From the NCBI GenBank assembly GCA_028534125.1, contig CM052817.1, positions 70,000,001-70,064,000 of the forward strand: 64,000 nucleotides of DNA. Direction: 5' to 3'. Shown piece by piece: positions 1-13,700 of this stretch; within the stretch, counting starts at the first letter, position 1; every line of letters begins with the position of its first letter. The notes beneath the pieces were generated by a model, which ran no database searches, was not told the origin of the DNA, and saw only the letters and a list, made by a program, of their open reading frames with translations. Made by a program: the position numbers and the translations under genes. The stretch comes from Lama glama. Lineage: Eukaryota.

Positions 1-3000
1 AGTCTAAGCGGGATCCCCATTCTTCTGGGTGTGTCACCTGGCAGCTTTACTCTTAGGGACACAGTGGAGGAAATGGAAGTACTCACAGGAGTATCAAAAA
101 ATTCACATTAAAAAAAAGCCCCACATGTGCCCTTCCTAACAGAGTGCCCTTCATACCCCACCTCAGACTCCATTTGCTTTTAATTTACATATTATTCAAA
201 TAAGCTTTGTTTTCTGGTTCCCAGATCTACAAAATGGATCAAAAGGAACGTATTTACTACCTTAGGGAAGGGTACCAGCCCAGGCAGAACAGAAAAAATA
301 ATAAATTAGGAAAAGCAGATTTTTAAAACTCTCACATTATTTGAGATCATTTAGAACAGTGTCAAACAGCATCAGTTCTTTGTTGCCATATACCGTACGG
401 TACATCGTACACGCTATAGAACAATGGCGCGAGGTATAAAGAAATAGTTAATTTAGATGTAGTCTTGAAGAAAGAGATGCATCCAAAAGAGTTAAAATTA
501 AAAATTATATGTGTTGACACTTAAAGAGGTAAATCTCGAGTTCTCTGGGAAACTCCATCATCTGGAAGAATAATTCTGTTCCAGATTGCTCAGTGAGAAA
601 ACCATTCTATTAAACCAAACTTGTCCAAAATAGATGTTTTTTTAATTCCATGAACTATTCTTAAGTGCACTGATCTGAATTGCATTTCATGGGCTTTCAT
701 GAACAATACTAAATATTATGTGTCTCAAGAGCAACAAGCCTCCTCCTTCCCTCCCTTGCCAGTGATTTTTAATGGCACATGGTCACTCTTGCTAGTCAAG
801 GGTCCAGTTTCCTGTTTCTGTTTGCCAAAGCAACTTAAACACAATTCTAGCTCTTCTGACCATTCAAGAGGGAAAAGGGATTGATGGAAAAGATGCTGCA
901 GCACAGCAGAGATTTTAAAAGCTTTCACCACAAGTCTGACCCTCTCCTGGCTTTGTCACTAACACACAGCTGCCTAGATAGAATCACCTGCCTGCTAATC
1001 TGACAGGCGCTGCCGCCAGCTAGTCAGTGAGCTGTGGTGGACATCTGGGCTGCAGCCTGCCTCTGGATCATCCCCACGCCAGCACGCCTGCAGTGGGAGC
1101 AGGGAGCCCCCGGCAGTCGCTCTGTACTGTGTGACCATCTCCTCTGGCTGTGGTTGGTTACGGACTGGGGTAGAATTCTGACCTAAGCTGGGCTAGCCAG
1201 TGTCCCTTCTCTGCAATTTCCAAGAATCATCTCTTTGGGAGATGGACATGTGGAGCAAAGAACTGAGGAGGCCAATCTGCAGAAGGGAGGATGGGATTTG
1301 GGGGAAAGAGGCAGATACAAGAGGCAGAAAAAGCACTTGGACAGTTTTCTAAGACCACCTCCCAGAATTCTCCTTCGCCTACTGGCACTTCTGTCTTTGC
1401 CGTCCACAAGATGCTGCTGTATCCTTAACATAGAGCTCCTTAAGCTGGCGTGGGTTGTTTGTGCTCCTTGTGATCAAAAGGCTCCCATCACGAGAGTGCA
1501 CATGAGGCACTGGAGAACAGTTAGAGCCAAGCACCTGCAGTCCACACACAGTGCCGTTACAGAGTCATCTTGACTTAGGACAGTGTGACCAGGACCACCT
1601 TGCTGTCAGTGTCTGAACTTCCCTTACTGAGTGTTCTCACTACAGAGTCCCTAGTAAGGACACTGCAGTCAAGTGTCACTGTCGTGCAAATTCTCTACAG
1701 ATTTTCTACTAATCTGTGACAGGTTTAGCGAGGGTTTGTGGACAAACACAGAGGGGAGACATGGGGAGGCCACCAACTCAGACAGGAACAGACCCCATGC
1801 CCTAGGCAGAGTACACCTGTGATCCGGACAGGACAGACGACTCGCCTGCAGTCCTTTCCATCAGGATCTGACTGACGGGCAGACGGTCCTGCACTGGGCT
1901 GGGCCTCCGTTCAGAGGCGGCTCCGGCGGAGCTCTGGGACAGCGCTGAGCCGGGTGCAGGTGGCCGTGCCCCAGCTGGTCTCCCTGATCTGGGCGCCTCC
2001 CAGGCTCCCTTCCCCAGAGTGCTGAGCCTCCACTGTCTCCTGTTTGGTTAGTGGCAATTCTAGGCCATGGGCTTCCTAAGTGCTTGACACACTTAGTGCC
2101 AAAGCATGTGACAAAAAAAGATGAAAAATGTAAAACGGGATATTTTTTCACCTTCTCATTTTTATTTTGAGACTTTGGACAAGCCTACCAATTTCTCTAG
2201 GTGCTTCCAACTTTATCACTTAAGTGCTTGGCTTTGCTTTCTAACTAGATGTGTCAACCTGGGAACAAATGCCCAGAGGCTCACTGATACTTAACGTGGT
2301 AGCTGACTACATCTGTGCTCAGAGCAAAGGTGAGACAAACGTGTCACACTTGCCAGAGCGCGCTTCACAAACTATATGAAATAAGTGTTTCTCTCAAGGA
2401 GACTACAGAAAATATTTAGACCACTCCCTGACTCAAGAGGACAGGGCTAATTCTCGTGCATCAGGCAAGGCTCCTGGAAGACCTTCAGGGTCACAGTCCT
2501 CGCACTAATCCTGAAGAGGACTCTGGTCCAATCAAATGGAAAGCTGAAAATTTTTGTTGTTTTAATTTAAAGATTAAATCCAAACACTGCACAGTTAACC
2601 ACTGCATTCTGTACTGGACTAGAAATTACCTCTCCTACACACTTCTTGGCCCAGGGAAATAAAGGCTAAACTTTTTATTTAGTAAAAAACACATTTTAAT
2701 TTCTCAGTTCAGCAAATGTACAAGATAAAGATTATTCCGAAGCCAAAAACATAGTGTATAGGAATAATATGAGTGCTGTGGGTATCTGTATCCATGTGTA
2801 TCTCAGTGTGTTTAACCAGAGGTTTTTTTTTTTTTTAAATAGCTTGTTTCTACTTATAAACTAGCTCTTTGAGTTATGCTATTTCACTGTATTTCCTTTG
2901 ATTATATAAGAGTATCTTTTCAATCTCTAAAATTTTAAGATGGTAGGCTTTTTATGCTTTGCTAAATTAAGTATTAGTAAACCAATTTGTGGAACTGTTT

Positions 3001-6000
3001 TTAAGTTAGTAAACTCAGAATAATTCTCTCCAGCTTTTCAAAAATTTAATTCTTTGCTTCTTTAATTACTTATTGAATCTTAAGTCAGGAAGAAAGGGAA
3101 GTTTAGTATTTGATAATCTCTGACTCCTGACAAACTCTTGAGACGTTACATATTTCAAATCAGACGTATACTAAATACTGGAAACTCATAGCAACTTGAT
3201 CACTGTTCTTTCAAACCCAAGATGACTGGACAGCTCACATGTTACCTACTCCAGGAAGCCTTCCTTGATCTCACTCTCGATTACATACTTCTTGTTCTTT
3301 TTATTTTTACACCATACACTGTATGTACTTTCTTCATAGCATAAAACATATTATTTTATAAGTAGCCGTTTGTATGCCTGCATCTTCTTAAACTGGGAGC
3401 TCCCCTGGGAAGGAACAGGGTCCGTTTAGCAAGTAACTCCCACTGCCTAAAGCAGTTCTTGACTTGGAGGAGTACACTTCACTGGATGTTTGCAGAGTGA
3501 ATGAACAAATGATTGGCGTTTATGATACTGGCCTTCCAGCTAGACACAGAAGGTGTGCAGTCTCACAGCTTGAGGTCCTGGGCTCCCAGCATGACCACAA
3601 GGGACAAGCTAGTCCAGATTCTTCCTTATGAATCTGAATTTCTTAGAAGACTGCAGAGTTTGGGGATCACCTCTAACTTGGGGGAGTGTCTTTTATGGAT
3701 CCCATTTTAATTATCCTAAAATCTGTTGCAAGGTGTTGAGACTGGGTTAACGCTCATTTCTCTGTTTCACCTGACTTCACCAGGGTGAATATTCTTACAC
3801 AACGGTCAAAAGCAGAAACACAGGGAGACAGACGGTGGGGTGTGAGCAACTACATAACAGGCCAATTTCTACACTGGGCTGTGGAGGCATCTGCAGTGGC
3901 ATTTCCCACCAACAGAATGAAAGTATTAAGCCAAACTTTTATCTTATAAGGAGCAGAAACACAAGTTTTCAGAGGGCTGTTTTGTTCATGGAGGAGAGTC
4001 TTCTCCTTATTAGTGGGATTCTTCCCCGTGGCCCACTGTCCCACACTAGTTCAGAGTTAACCAGAGTTCTCTAGCATTTCAGCTACATTGTGGACGTCTA
4101 AGCTCAAAGATCTTTCCAGTTTAATAGGAATTTTCTTTAAGGACACCAGGATACCATTAAGTTTCACTGTACACAGAGAAACCCTCCCCAAAATCTTCAC
4201 ATTGGAGTCACAGCATCTTCCCTGCCCGGGCACTGCGTTCCGTTAGCTTTCCCTTCCTGAAGGGAGGGCGGTGACTTTTGAACTTCCCTTCCGAACTGAA
4301 AGTGAGCCCTGTCAGATTTCACGTCACACTATTTGCAGGATCAATTCTAATCAAACAAACATTTTATCTGTCTTCAGCTTCTTGCTAAGGTGAAGCCAGT
4401 ACTCATGTGACCAAGGTCTGGCAAACGTGACCGCATCAGTGGAGAGTGAAACCCCCCAAACCAGAGGCAGCACTCGTCTGGGGAGGCAGGGCTGATCTAC
4501 TCAGGAGCTGAAGAACAAGCACATTGTGGACAAGTCATTTTCCAGATCATACAGGTGCCTTAACAGTTAGAGCCACCAAGACCTCGAATGAGGACTACAT
4601 GTTAGTAAACGTACAAGAGACCCGAGTCCCTTCGGTAACACTGGAAGGCAGTGCAGCCTGCCGAAGCAAAGCAGACAGGGGAGCTGAGAGGCCAGACGGG
4701 GCCCTTCCACTCTGGCCCGAGGAACCGGAGTCTCCAGGGTTACACCAGCTGCCCCAGCCACGCAGCGTGCACAGAGGGCTGATCCGAGTGCCTGGGTGGC
4801 CTCGCTCCTAGTCTGAGCTCCTTCCACACCACGATGCTCTGTCAGGCTGGTCTTTCGTTTCTGTGCCACTGCTCTGTCCCAGAACAGCACAGAGAACACC
4901 CTCCAGAGGTAACAGCAGGTAATTACTGAGCCTCACCTCCTCAGGGGGCCTTTCCTGACCATCAACCTAAAGCAGACCCTCAAGTCACTCCCTGCTTTAT
5001 TTCTATTACAGACGTATACTTTCCTGTATTTTTAATTTTAAGACTTCCAGGTCTTACGGAACTAACTGGCATTTATTAGGTGCTCACTAAATGCTGAGTA
5101 ATGACTGAACAAGTCAACTACTACACATATAGGAGTTTCTGAATTCCTAAAACAAACGGGTGGGGAGACAGCAGGGATAGTAACATTCCCAGTTTACTGA
5201 AATCTTCATGAATGCAAATCTGAGCTCCTCTCTGCTTAGTAATTCTTATCAAATGACTGCCAGCGCTGCTGTCTAAAATAGGATAGTGTGGAGGACAGAA
5301 CTTCAAAGGCTGCATGACTGATCCAGCAACGAGACGGGAGAGGAACACTGGAGACTCTGATTAAGTGCAGCCCAGCTGGCTGGAGCCTCACCGGCCACCA
5401 GTGGGTGAGAATGTTTTTCTTGGGGGGGGGGGCTTTGTTTTGTTTTTCTGGGACAGGGTAGAGGGGACACCTTGACATTTAGAAAAAAACAAGTAAGTGA
5501 CAGGAAAGCACAATGATCACTGTGACATTTTTTAAAAAGAGATACCTGGGACACATTCTAGGATAGAAACGCACTCAGCCTGACTGCCTGATCTAAAAGA
5601 CTATATAACGTTCATCATTAAGGACAGAAAACCAAGTATCAAACTGAAGTGTAGAATTTTTGTGTGATTTTTAATAGAAACAGTTTTAAAGATTTTGGTG
5701 CAAACAGCAGACAGTAAATGAGTGAATGTTGGTCCTCAGCACGTTGCGTTTACCAGGGTTTTCCACTCAGAGGCAGAGCATAAAAGGGCTGCTGTCTGTA
5801 CCTGCTCAGAAATGCAAAGGACAACAGTCTTAAAAAAATGCAAGAAAAGTACAAAAGCATGTGCTTGCTCCTAGAATTACTTCTAGTAATTCTAACTCCA
5901 TGAGCAACTAGGGGCAGGGCCTGTGCTCAGAGGGGCCCGCAATTAATAGCTGTTAAGCTGAATTAAACATCAACGCCATCTGAGGTCCTTTTCTGATCCC

Positions 6001-7686
6001 TTGTTCGGTCACCTATGTGAAGGGCTGATCCTCTTTCCACCGGGAGGAAAGCTTGCCTCTCAGCGTTAGTTTGGAAGACTTCTGATACCACAAAACCACA
6101 AAGATGAAATTTTGAAGAACCTGGGGAGCCTGAATGAAGATCAGGAAAGGTTCACAGAGGAGGGGGAGCAGCTGAGTAAGGTCCTGGTGTGGGTGGAAGG
6201 AGGAAGGGAGGCCACATATGCCAAATAAAGAACCAGAGGTGGGAGGTGTTACTGGTCCCGTTTTACAGATGAGGAACATGAAGATTAAAAAGCTCAAGCA
6301 GATCGTCCCGGCAAACAGCTGATTTCTATTTGGTACCCACAATCTCTGCAGGCTCCTCTGGGAAGGTCTGTTCAAATTTCAGCATCAGAATTAGTTCTAA
6401 AAGCTTAAGTGGTCATCTGGTTCAAGTCAAGAACCAAGTGACCCGCAGGCTAGTGCTCTCCTCCTTAGAAACACCGCGCAGATCTATCCTGTTCTGAGGC
6501 CCAGGAAACGGCTTTCTGAGCACCGGGGCAGCGCATGCAGCAGCCCCAGTCTGCTTGGGGGACGGCAAATAATTTTGTTTGCACTGAGAACAGGACTCCT
6601 AGGGCCTGGCTGGAGGCAGGAGAGGGCAGAGGCAGACCCACACTAACGTGTCTGCACTTTGTCCTGCAGACAGAGGGAAGCACTGACCAGCTCTAAGTCG
6701 GGAAGTGACACAATCAGTTTGTGTTTCAGCAAATCCCTCAGGGAGTGACACAGAGGATGAACTGGCAGAAAGGAAGTCTGGAGGCAGGACAGTTATCCAA
6801 AGGGATTACAATAATCCAGATGGAAAGTTTGAGCACCTGAGCTGGGGCTGTGACACCAATGAGGGTGAGTGGAAAAGATTTCAGACAGACCCAAAAGCTA
6901 GAGCTGACAGCACTGGGATGCGGGCTCCTAGAGAGAACAGAACCAAAGGGAGCAGCACCTCTGAGAGGAACTGTCCCCGGGAGAAGGTGTACACACGTGG
7001 GTTCCAAGCTGAGCAAAGACTGCAGCAATTTACAAAGCCAGGTTCCCAGCAGCATTGGTGGTCAAAAGTAAAATAACTACAATAAAAAGAAATGAAATAA
7101 ATACTACCTACAAAGATGAGAGTGAGATCTAACCATGGTTACCAGTAAAGACCTTTACAGCAGAATACAGTCAGTCAATTAAGTCCCCATGCCATATTTT
7201 TAAATAATAGAAAAAATTAAGCATCTCTGTTTTTCTTATTACTTTTAAGTCTCTATTTATCATCTCAATTGAGAAGTCTCTACAGAGTAAAAGCTTCTGA
7301 GTCCTGGGCTAGTCTGGGCCTGAGCTCCTCAAACGCAGCCCCAGGTCTGTGGAGTAAGATAGTGTTTTGCTGGTTTTTGTTGCCTGTCTGGTTTTTAGCA
7401 GGCAGATTTGCCACTGGTCAGTAAGGAATGGCTGACAAGTTAGGGGAATGGGAATGGAGAAAGATTAAAGGGGCAAAAGAGGGGAGAAGAGAGATACGCA
7501 TACTATGTTACAGATACATAGCCGGTATAAAAACCATCAGATGTTTGAAAGCGCTGATTGGATTTTGGTGGAGTTTCCTCTTTAAAGGAGCAATGCTGAA
7601 TGGCATCAGTATGAGCAAGAAGATTCACAAGCAAGTGCCTCTGTTTATAACTAACGTCAGCAGTAGGACCAGAGAGTCGTTCTTAC
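1..7686 (-). other. LEF1: LEF1 last intron (partial); terminal exon not found in the window
   Basis: A strong donor (gtaaga) follows exon 11, and I saw no sequence resembling the LEF1 terminal exon in 1-7686. Confidence 0.8.
3245..3512 (+). mobile_element. L2 3' end fragment
   Basis: CTCCAGGAAGCCTTCCTTGA...GGGAGCTCCCCTGGGAAGGAAC...GTGAATGAACAAATGA terminus. Confidence 0.65.
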
Positions 7687-7727
7687 CATGTTTCAGATGT
7701 AGGCAGCTGTCATTCTTGGACCTGTAC
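7687..7727 (-). CDS. LEF1: LEF1 exon 11 (41 nt): 35 coding nt including TGA (7693-7695) plus 6 nt of 3'UTR
   Basis: Acceptor ttttctgcag|GTACAG, donor ATG|gtaaga. Encodes (G)[10 protein letters not shown]. Confidence 0.96.
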
Positions 7728-10700
7728 CTGCAGAAAATTGTGTCTTTAACAAATTTTTACTGAAGCGGTTTTTGTACATTCCAAACACGTAGTAGCTACA
7801 ACATCACGTGGACTTGTTTGCTTTACTTTTTATGGTTCTTATACCAGCCATTTTTATTTGTGCAGTACAAGTGGAGGCCTTATTTTTAATGCAAGAAAAC
7901 AGGGAAATAAATAGGACCTCATGGTTTGATGCCTTGAATTAATGTACAGGAAAGATAAACCCTATCATGTTTTACATTTTTAAATAACCCCAAATCACAG
8001 AAACAATTCTCAAGGGGACACAAAGTAGTATATTACAGAATCATCATGAGAAACTGTATTGTAAGCAGTTATGCAGAGAGAGGAACAGAAGTGTTAAAGC
8101 AAAGAGAACAAAACCAAAAAACAACCACAGCTAACAACCGGGATTCCAGGTCACAGGGTCTGGGAAAGGAGTTTTCAGATGTACCTTCACATAGTCACAT
8201 TTAAAAGAAAGGTCTTTCCAACATTTTTAAAGAATTTAGGAAGAAAAGCAGAGTTAAAGAATCACACGTTACAGCTGAAGAATAAAGCACTGTGTAGAAA
8301 GGTGTCGACTACTTTAAAAGGTGTTTGTCAGAAGCATGAGAATTGGCTGGAAAGTCACATGGTGCCTACCTGATGTAGATTCCTGCAGTTTCTCTCTCTT
8401 CCTCTTCTTTTTCTTACCCTGCAAGAAGACAGGCACATCGCCATGTTAGAGACTGTACTGTGAATGGGATACAAAGGACAGGCAGGTGGTCAACCAAGAT
8501 GTCAAGTTGCCTCATTATCTCCCCACCTGTACCTAGAAGCAGAGAGCAAAAGAGCGAGCGAGAATTCTTCTCTGTGACCCTTGTCTCTACCACTTCATAT
8601 TTAACATGGTTAGTGCGGACGCTAGCAGTGGTCTCATACACACAGAACCCCCTTCAAGGAAAGCCCTCTTAAGCAGGCATTCCTTTTATTTCTAACCACC
8701 ACACTTAGAGCCCACCTCTGGTAGTGTTCATGATAAATCTCCCTTCCTGTGGATTCCACCATCTAATTAAAAGTCCATGATGTTAACTGAGGACCCTTGG
8801 CCCCCAGGGCATAGGCATGATAACAAAGGGCAGCAGTAGAAATGTTCAGGCAGAACCTGAGAAAACTCAAAAAGATAATTTTGAAGACATTTCTGGCAGT
8901 TAAGAATCTTGTTCCTAAAACAGACACAATAACATGAATGTGCCTCATTTCAAAATCATCTTAATCACAATTTTACAATGTTTGGTCCCATCTATAAAGG
9001 TTTCATTTTCTAGGTTTTTTAAAATAATTATTTTTCCCTAAAAAGTAATTGTAATAGGGCCTAGACACAGTATATATTTGATTTATATGAATAGTAAATG
9101 ACCAACCTGGATTAGGATGGTTGTTTCAAATAAGTGTAACAGAAGACATATCACATCCAATATCTCTATCTTATGTCTGCAGTGATAACCACATTAACAA
9201 ATAACAAAAAATAAAACCGTAAGATTATATTGAGTATACTGTGGGAATATATTTAAGTATATATTTTCAGCACCTCGAAATATTTTTTCTTCATGTCACA
9301 TGACCGGACCATTGAGGCTTTATGTCTTTGGCAAGTTGACTGAAACTGTTCTCACAAACACTAAGGCAAACAGCAGATACTAGTGACCTTGGGAAGCAGC
9401 ATGTCAAAAATATGGAGTGGTCTTCAAGAGTATTAAGGCCTGCCAGGAGGAGGGCAGCGGACAGAGGGAGAGCACGCTTCTCACGGGCACTGCTGTCTTC
9501 CTTTCAAATACAGTGACTGTGCTTTTCAGAAGGTGCAATAAGGTTCCATGTGTCTAGAACCTTCATCCTCATTTTCTCCTCCTAGCTCCCATGTGCCCTT
9601 CAAGACTCATCTCAAGTGTCATTTGCTCCAGGAGCCTTCTCTGCGTCACCCCGCCGCACCCCCAGGCAGAGCTCATCACTGTAACCTAGCTCCTCACAGG
9701 CACCATGACGGGCTGCGTCCCGGGGCCCCTCTCCACATGGCTGTCAGCTCACACGCGCACCGCCTGCGTCTCAGCACGTCTCTGCCACCCAGAGACACCC
9801 GGACACTGGCCGGAGGTGTCCGGCTGATGCTGCCTTTATGAGGGGCTATATTCTAGATATAAACCAGTGCTTCAAGACAACTTACATTTAAGGTAGACAA
9901 AAGGACCTGAGGAGTCTGGATATGTCAACTTACACAAAAACAAAATTCATGTGTGGTAAACATGCACAAAATTTTCATTAAATTTATATATAGTCCAGGG
10001 GTTTTCAGCACTACATTTAAAAGCTCTAAGGGTGGTGGTGGGGGAGTATAGCTCAGTGGTAGAGTGTGTGCTTAGCATGCATGAGGTCGTAAGTTCAATC
10101 CCCAGCACCTCCATTTAAAAAATAAACCTAATTACCCTCCCCAAAACAAAAACAAAAAACTAAATAAGAGCTCTAAGTAGTTGGCTGATCTCACCTGAGA
10201 AAATACATGCACTGTTGATTTATGAAAACTTCTGTTATGAAAAATGAAAGTTATAAAAACAAATTGAAGTTATAAAATCTATGATGCCATAGAATAGGGC
10301 ATTTTCATATTAAACCATTGAGATACATATTTAATATGCTCTCAGTGAGCACATGAGGATAGCATCCTGACAAATAAATGCTAGTATCTCATTTACAAGA
10401 TACAGAGCATGTACCTTGTTTGGACTCTATTCCTGTACCCTTATTTTAAAAACACACTAATATCTTTAGTTAAAGTGCTACCATTTGATTGACTTTTGTT
10501 AGCCTTAGTAATTAAGAGGCTTATTTTGATTATTATCAAAACTGTATGTAACAAAGCTGGATTTCCCCTTCCTTCAAAGGGATCCTAAAATCAAGTTATG
10601 CGATTTCCTTTAAAAGTTTTAAAAAGGAAAAATCTTTAAGGATAAAGTCACATTACACTGGTTTTCTTTAAAACTACTTTCTTCCCATCTCTCCACGTGG

Positions 10701-13700
10701 AGAAAAGGGGAAAGAATGAGAGAGAGATAGAGGTGTTTCTCTCTTTTTAAAAGTAAAGCTCACTCCTTTCCTTAAGGATCGGAAATAGAAACTTCAGCAT
10801 GCAATGCTCAGCCTATGCAGATTCACAGCACAGCAAAGCTCTCCCAGACATCAAAGAAGGAAGCCATTCTGCCTTAGCAGACAACACCGACCAGGTCCAA
10901 CAGACCCAGGACAGGGTATGAGGAGGCCACTTCCGAAACCCTTCAGGTAGGGGACTGACTGATCTTCCCACTTAAAGGGCACCGCAGAGGCTCTATCCAC
11001 ATAATGCTAATTACTGCCCAGAGAACAGAAGCCCAGTTCAGGGAGAAAACTCAACTAAAGCAGTGTTCCTAAGAAGGCCGTGGAAGACTGAGCTGGTCTG
11101 CCTGGAGGAGGGAACGTGCACAGACTGTGAAGTCAGGGGGCCTGGGTGTCACCTGCAGTTTAGCCACTACATGGCCCTGGACAAATTACTCAATCTCTGG
11201 GCCCTTCCATTTCCCTCATCTGTAAAATGTAATGCTACTTATGCCACTGGTTTATTATAAGGATTAGAAAATAACAGCATTTAAGACAGTTCTTGACAAT
11301 CGGCATATGGTAGTTATTAAGTAACCAAAACAACAATCCAGGAGAGCTGACGAACCTGCTGCTCACAAGTGACAAACAAACAGCAGGACCCTTACTTCCA
11401 CATCACAATTGTACATCCAGCGTTTAAGCTCCAAATCCTGACCAGTAGTGACTCAGAGCACGTTACAGGAAACGAATGTATTCCAAAAGTCTAGGTGCCT
11501 CGTTACACGGGATGTATGATCTCGCACATGCAGCCCCGTGGACCCTGTACAGCAAGGGCCACACACTAACTGACTTATTGACTTATGACTTCACCTCGTC
11601 CTCTTTAAAAGGGACAATTCCATTTCACATGAAGACTGTCCTGGCTGGCACTCTGAATGCTAGTCTCACAAGGAACATGAAAATGATCTTCAGTTATTAA
11701 AATTAACAGCCTAAATAATCAAAATCACTCCTCTCTATACAATATGATAAAACTAATATCATTTATATTTTTTCTCAGAAAGTGTTTGCTATATCAAGAC
11801 TACATGAGTAAGATGTTCAGTAATATAAATGATGTGGGTTTTTTTGCCAATAAAATCAGTACAACTTAAAAAATATGATAATACCTACTCCAACCGAACA
11901 AAATATGTAATAGACATCAGGGTGCATTAATATGAAACAAATTTTTTTTATCTAGTTCTGAGTAGTCTACGGCAAAACGGTCATTTAAATACATTGTAGA
12001 AGAACTGTAAAATAATATAATCATTTTGGAAAGTAATTTGATAGTATGTATCAAGAACCTTTAAAATATTTATCTCCTTTACTCAACAATCACCAGTTGA
12101 ATCTATCCTACAAAAATAAGTCCTAGATACAGAAAAAACTGTTATGCAGTTAGTTCATTGCAGGATTATTTCTGATTATAAAAAAAATAGGAAGCAAATG
12201 TCTAAAAGCAGGAAAAAAATAAGTAAATTGTGACATTCACCAAATGAAATATTGTATAGAATATTTATATATTTGAATATTTGTATAGAATATTTGTATA
12301 GAAATACTGTATAGAATTGTATTGTTAACACTGATGTATAGAAACACTATGTCACAACAGAAAAATGCATATTATATGAGCAAGCAGCACAACACAAAAG
12401 TGTGTATACACTCACCCACCAACTCACCTACTTATATCCAAGTGAAAAATAAAAACATATGCATAGAAAAAATACTGAAAGGTAGTGTAACTAGTTATTA
12501 CTATGCTGCCTTCACATGATAAGATTATGGGCTTTTAAAAAGACCTTTTTTTACCAACACTTTAATATAAAGTATTTACGGGGGGATTAAAAAATTTTAC
12601 TTAAAAAATTCAGTAGCACTTACAGCCAATAAAAAAAATTATGACAGCTCAAAGCTTTCAAGATTCAATAGATCCATGAAATCTTTATTATAAAGTTCAT
12701 TAACTTTCAAAAATAGGAAGCAGCGCCAGCATTAGATATACCCTACAACACACTTCCTTGAAAAGAGCAAGAAAGAGCACGAGTGAGGGGACAGCGGCTG
12801 GTGGGCGGGAGGCACTTACGTAGTTGTCTCTGGCCGACCAGCCTGGGTAGAGCTGCATGTGGAGCTGTCTCTCCTTCCGTGCTAATTCATAATATTTAGC
12901 CTGTTCTTCACGGGAGAGGGCATGCCACTGAAACAGAGAGGGGAAGAGGGAAAATCAAGTAAAAGCAAAGTAGCAACAGTATTACATAGTCCATATTTTA
13001 AACACTGAAGAATAGAAATATTAAGCATATAAACTTTGATTTATTTTTAAATGGCAGAACCACGTGTTGCCGAAATCCAGCTGGAGTCTGGTGGCTGGAG
13101 TGAGACTCAAACTTTGGTTTCTCTATCCTGTTCTCATGTTACATGAAACCTGTAGTGTGAAATGGCCTGTCACTCACCCCTTCTCTTCTCCAATACAAAT
13201 GGAAGAGAATGTTCACTGGTGAGACTCAACACCCAACGTGGCCCTTTTTCATGGATTATAGCATAGGCTAACACCGGAGCCCAAGCATCATTTATTTATG
13301 CAAATAAGCTCATGTCCAAAGATTTCTTCCACACGGATACATCCTGGTCCTCTCTGTCATATGAATAGTCTGAAACCTTCATCACATGATGCTGTCTATA
13401 GCAGCAGAAGTCAGTCTGCCTCAGTCTCTTCACCCTCCCCTCACACTTATTTAAACACTCATTGTTCAAAGGGAAGAACACTCATAACATTGTACAATCA
13501 CTCATGCACAGTTTATGGCTATGTTTTTAGCTTCCTTCTGATTGAAAGCAAGGAGCAGGATCTAAGTTAATTTTGCTATCTAGAATTTGAGACTTGCAGG
13601 TCTAATTTGAAGAATGGAGCAGCTGACTCCCTGCAAACTTTCCATTTCCCTTTACGTGACTGATGTATATCTTACAGAGCAAAACAGCTCATGTAGGCAA

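Noticed and set aside
5273..5281. MEF2 site CTAAAATAG
   Set aside because: It is one base short of the YTA(W)4TAR consensus.
7853..7858. Sense-strand AATAAA in intron 10 as an intronic poly(A) signal
   Set aside because: It is a single hexamer in AT-rich DNA with no convincing GU-rich downstream element.
10040..10113. Functional tRNA-Ala genes (also near 17664, 45900 and 58680)
   Set aside because: They have mismatched stems and A-rich tails, two carry TSDs, and there are multiple diverged copies, so they are SINEs.
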